Source: Podospora anserina
Lineage: Eukaryota
Reading direction: 5' to 3'
NCBI GenBank assembly: GCA_017654855.1
Contig: CM030332.1
Span: 4,464,001-4,528,000 of the forward strand
DNA length: 64,000 nucleotides
Part shown: positions 62,069 through 64,000 of the stretch, one piece after another
Position numbering within the stretch: position 1 is the first letter of the stretch
Layout: every line of letters starts with the position of its first letter
Program-made: the position numbers and the translations under genes
The notes under the pieces: model-generated
What the model saw: the letters and a program-made list of their open reading frames with translations, nothing else
Database searches by the model: none
Told to the model about the DNA's origin: nothing

Positions 62069-64000
62069 AAGAGATATTAAAGAATTTATATATTATTAAC
62101 ATTACGCGCTTTCATTATTTTAAAAAGTTAATAGCGTATTACTAACAGTACTTTAACCGGTTAAAAAGGCAGAACCGGCTATATTAGGAGATAAAGAAAG
62201 GTCGGAAGGTTAGTTAAGGTTTAAGGAAGAATTTAGGAAGGAAATTACTTTTTACGCTTAGTTTTTCTAACTCCTTTATATTATCGAAATTCCGGGAGAC
62301 GGTTCGCGATATTCGTTGTACCGAAACTTTCTTTAGCAACGACAACGACGAACTTTAATATAAAGTACTTTTATAATTTCCTCGGTTTATTTTAATTTAA
62401 TCTTAATATTATTATATTTAAAAAGAATTTAAAAAGTTAAAACCTTAAAAACATTATAACGAAACAGGGTTTAGGAAGCATATTACTAATAACGTAAATA
62501 ATCGGAAGCAAAAAGGACGTAAAAATTCATAGGGAATATATATAAAATAAAACGAAGGTATCGTATCAAATTCCGGAATATCTTTTTCTTAAAGCATATT
62601 TATTTACTTATATAATTGAATATTATAGATAATATGGAAAAGTAAAAGGGAATATTTAGAGGAAAAGAAAATAAGCGATAAGCAATTACTTTAGGATTTA
62701 AGTCGATAGAACTTCGGCTTACGAGAAGGGGTAACATATTATAGTTAAATTAATTAGTAGGATACACCGTGTACGTGATATAATACATATAGTTGATTAT
62801 TAATAAAACCAATTAAGACAGAGAATAGTTTTATTTATAGGATTATTATTAAAGGTTAATAATCTAGGAGATTAATAGATGTCTATATATAAAGAAACTT
62901 GGCTAGTATGGGTAAATAGTTCCGTTATATAGTTTATAAGTTATAATCGTTAGTATCTAAAGTATTATTATTAAAATAACCTATTATTGTACACTATTTA
63001 GCTGTACCGAACCAGGATTACCGAAAGGTACCTTTAACCAGTATTCCTTTTAGAGGTTCTGGATAGAGGTTCGTTATACTAACAGGGTTATTGCTAAAAT
63101 GTTATATTCTTAATCCTTAGGTTTTCGCTAGTTTTTTCTATTAATTAGTTGAATTACAAATATGTTTAAAACCCTGAAAAACTTATAAAGAGACCATTTT
63201 TGTATAAAAACCCTAATTAATTAACTTCTTAAAAGTCAAAAAGATTTTATATAAATGAATTACTAAATATAATGATCGTTTTCGATGTCGAGAAAGTATT
63301 AATAATAAATAAAGAGTCTAGAATTATTATTATTTCATTTTGCTTTGGTTGCACAACATAAATTCCTGTTTCATCTATAAAAAATGAACTCTATTTTGAA
63401 TTTATAGTATTACTTGAATTTCATGTATATAAATCTGTTTTAATAATAATAAATATTTGTTTTTAAAGAAATACCGGAGTAAAATATAAAGTATTGCAAT
63501 AGTAATTTGGTTTACTATTAATATAATAAAGTACATACTAATAACGAAGGGCTGAAGTAGCCCTAAATAATAAAATAATAAACCGTGAAAAAAACTGATT
63601 GATATGATAAATTATTAAATTAATATTAGACCTCTTTTATCATTCTCCATGAAGCTAAGTTTTAATATGTTAAATATTGTATTAAATCAAGGACTATATG
63701 TATTAAACTACAGAAATCAAATAACCTATATAATTAAGGGTTTTATTTCTTTGGCTTTCAAAAGATTAATTATTAATAGATTTTAACTAAAAATGTATAG
63801 TTAAAATATACTTCAACTTTATCTTTGAAAAAAAGTTTCATTTAATAATGAAATAGTACGTATGAATTAAAAAATAAGAGGACTTCAAAGTTATTAAACA
63901 ATTGATTAATATTATGATTCAATTCCTTGAGTTTAAAGAAATAGTTTAATTAAATATATATTTCGTATTTTGCATGAGAAAAGAAAGAAAACACATAGTA

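Larger units (their letters stand above)
58107..63078 (+). mobile_element. 3' part of a Gypsy element (RNase H, integrase, chromodomain, PPT, 3' LTR type F at 62737-63078), interrupted by a DNA transposon
   Basis: ggattcattacggaccgtaat at about 59231, chromodomain EEKYDIKEILD at about 61763, PPT gagaagggg at about 62723, LTR ends ggttcgttata. Confidence 0.87.

Overview
This window is very AT-rich heterochromatin-type DNA with no intact gene, most likely from a filamentous ascomycete (inference). It carries a strong RIP signature: CpA/TpG are depleted, TpA is enriched and CpG is retained. Most of it is a nest of one Ty3/Gypsy chromovirus-type LTR retrotransposon family. Three copies are complete with both LTRs and 5-bp target-site duplications (TSDs): 463-8358 (-), 10747-18148 (+) and 42704-49043 (-). 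Several truncated or interrupted copies and solo LTRs are also present. There are two 1860-bp pogo/Fot1-type DNA transposons with TIRs and TA TSDs, and about 16 kb of decayed non-repetitive DNA with intron-like relics (24.4-42.1 kb). Four things stand out. (i) A conserved 70-nt tRNA-like cloverleaf with a Pol III B box lies antisense just downstream of the chromodomain in five elements, and twice in one of them. (ii) The LTRs are modular: a shared TATA/R/U5 half is joined to about six unrelated U3 modules built from short motif arrays. (iii) Several solo LTRs have mismatched flanks that mark recombinational deletions. (iv) One element has an internal inversion of about 730 bp. All coordinates and alignments were read by eye.
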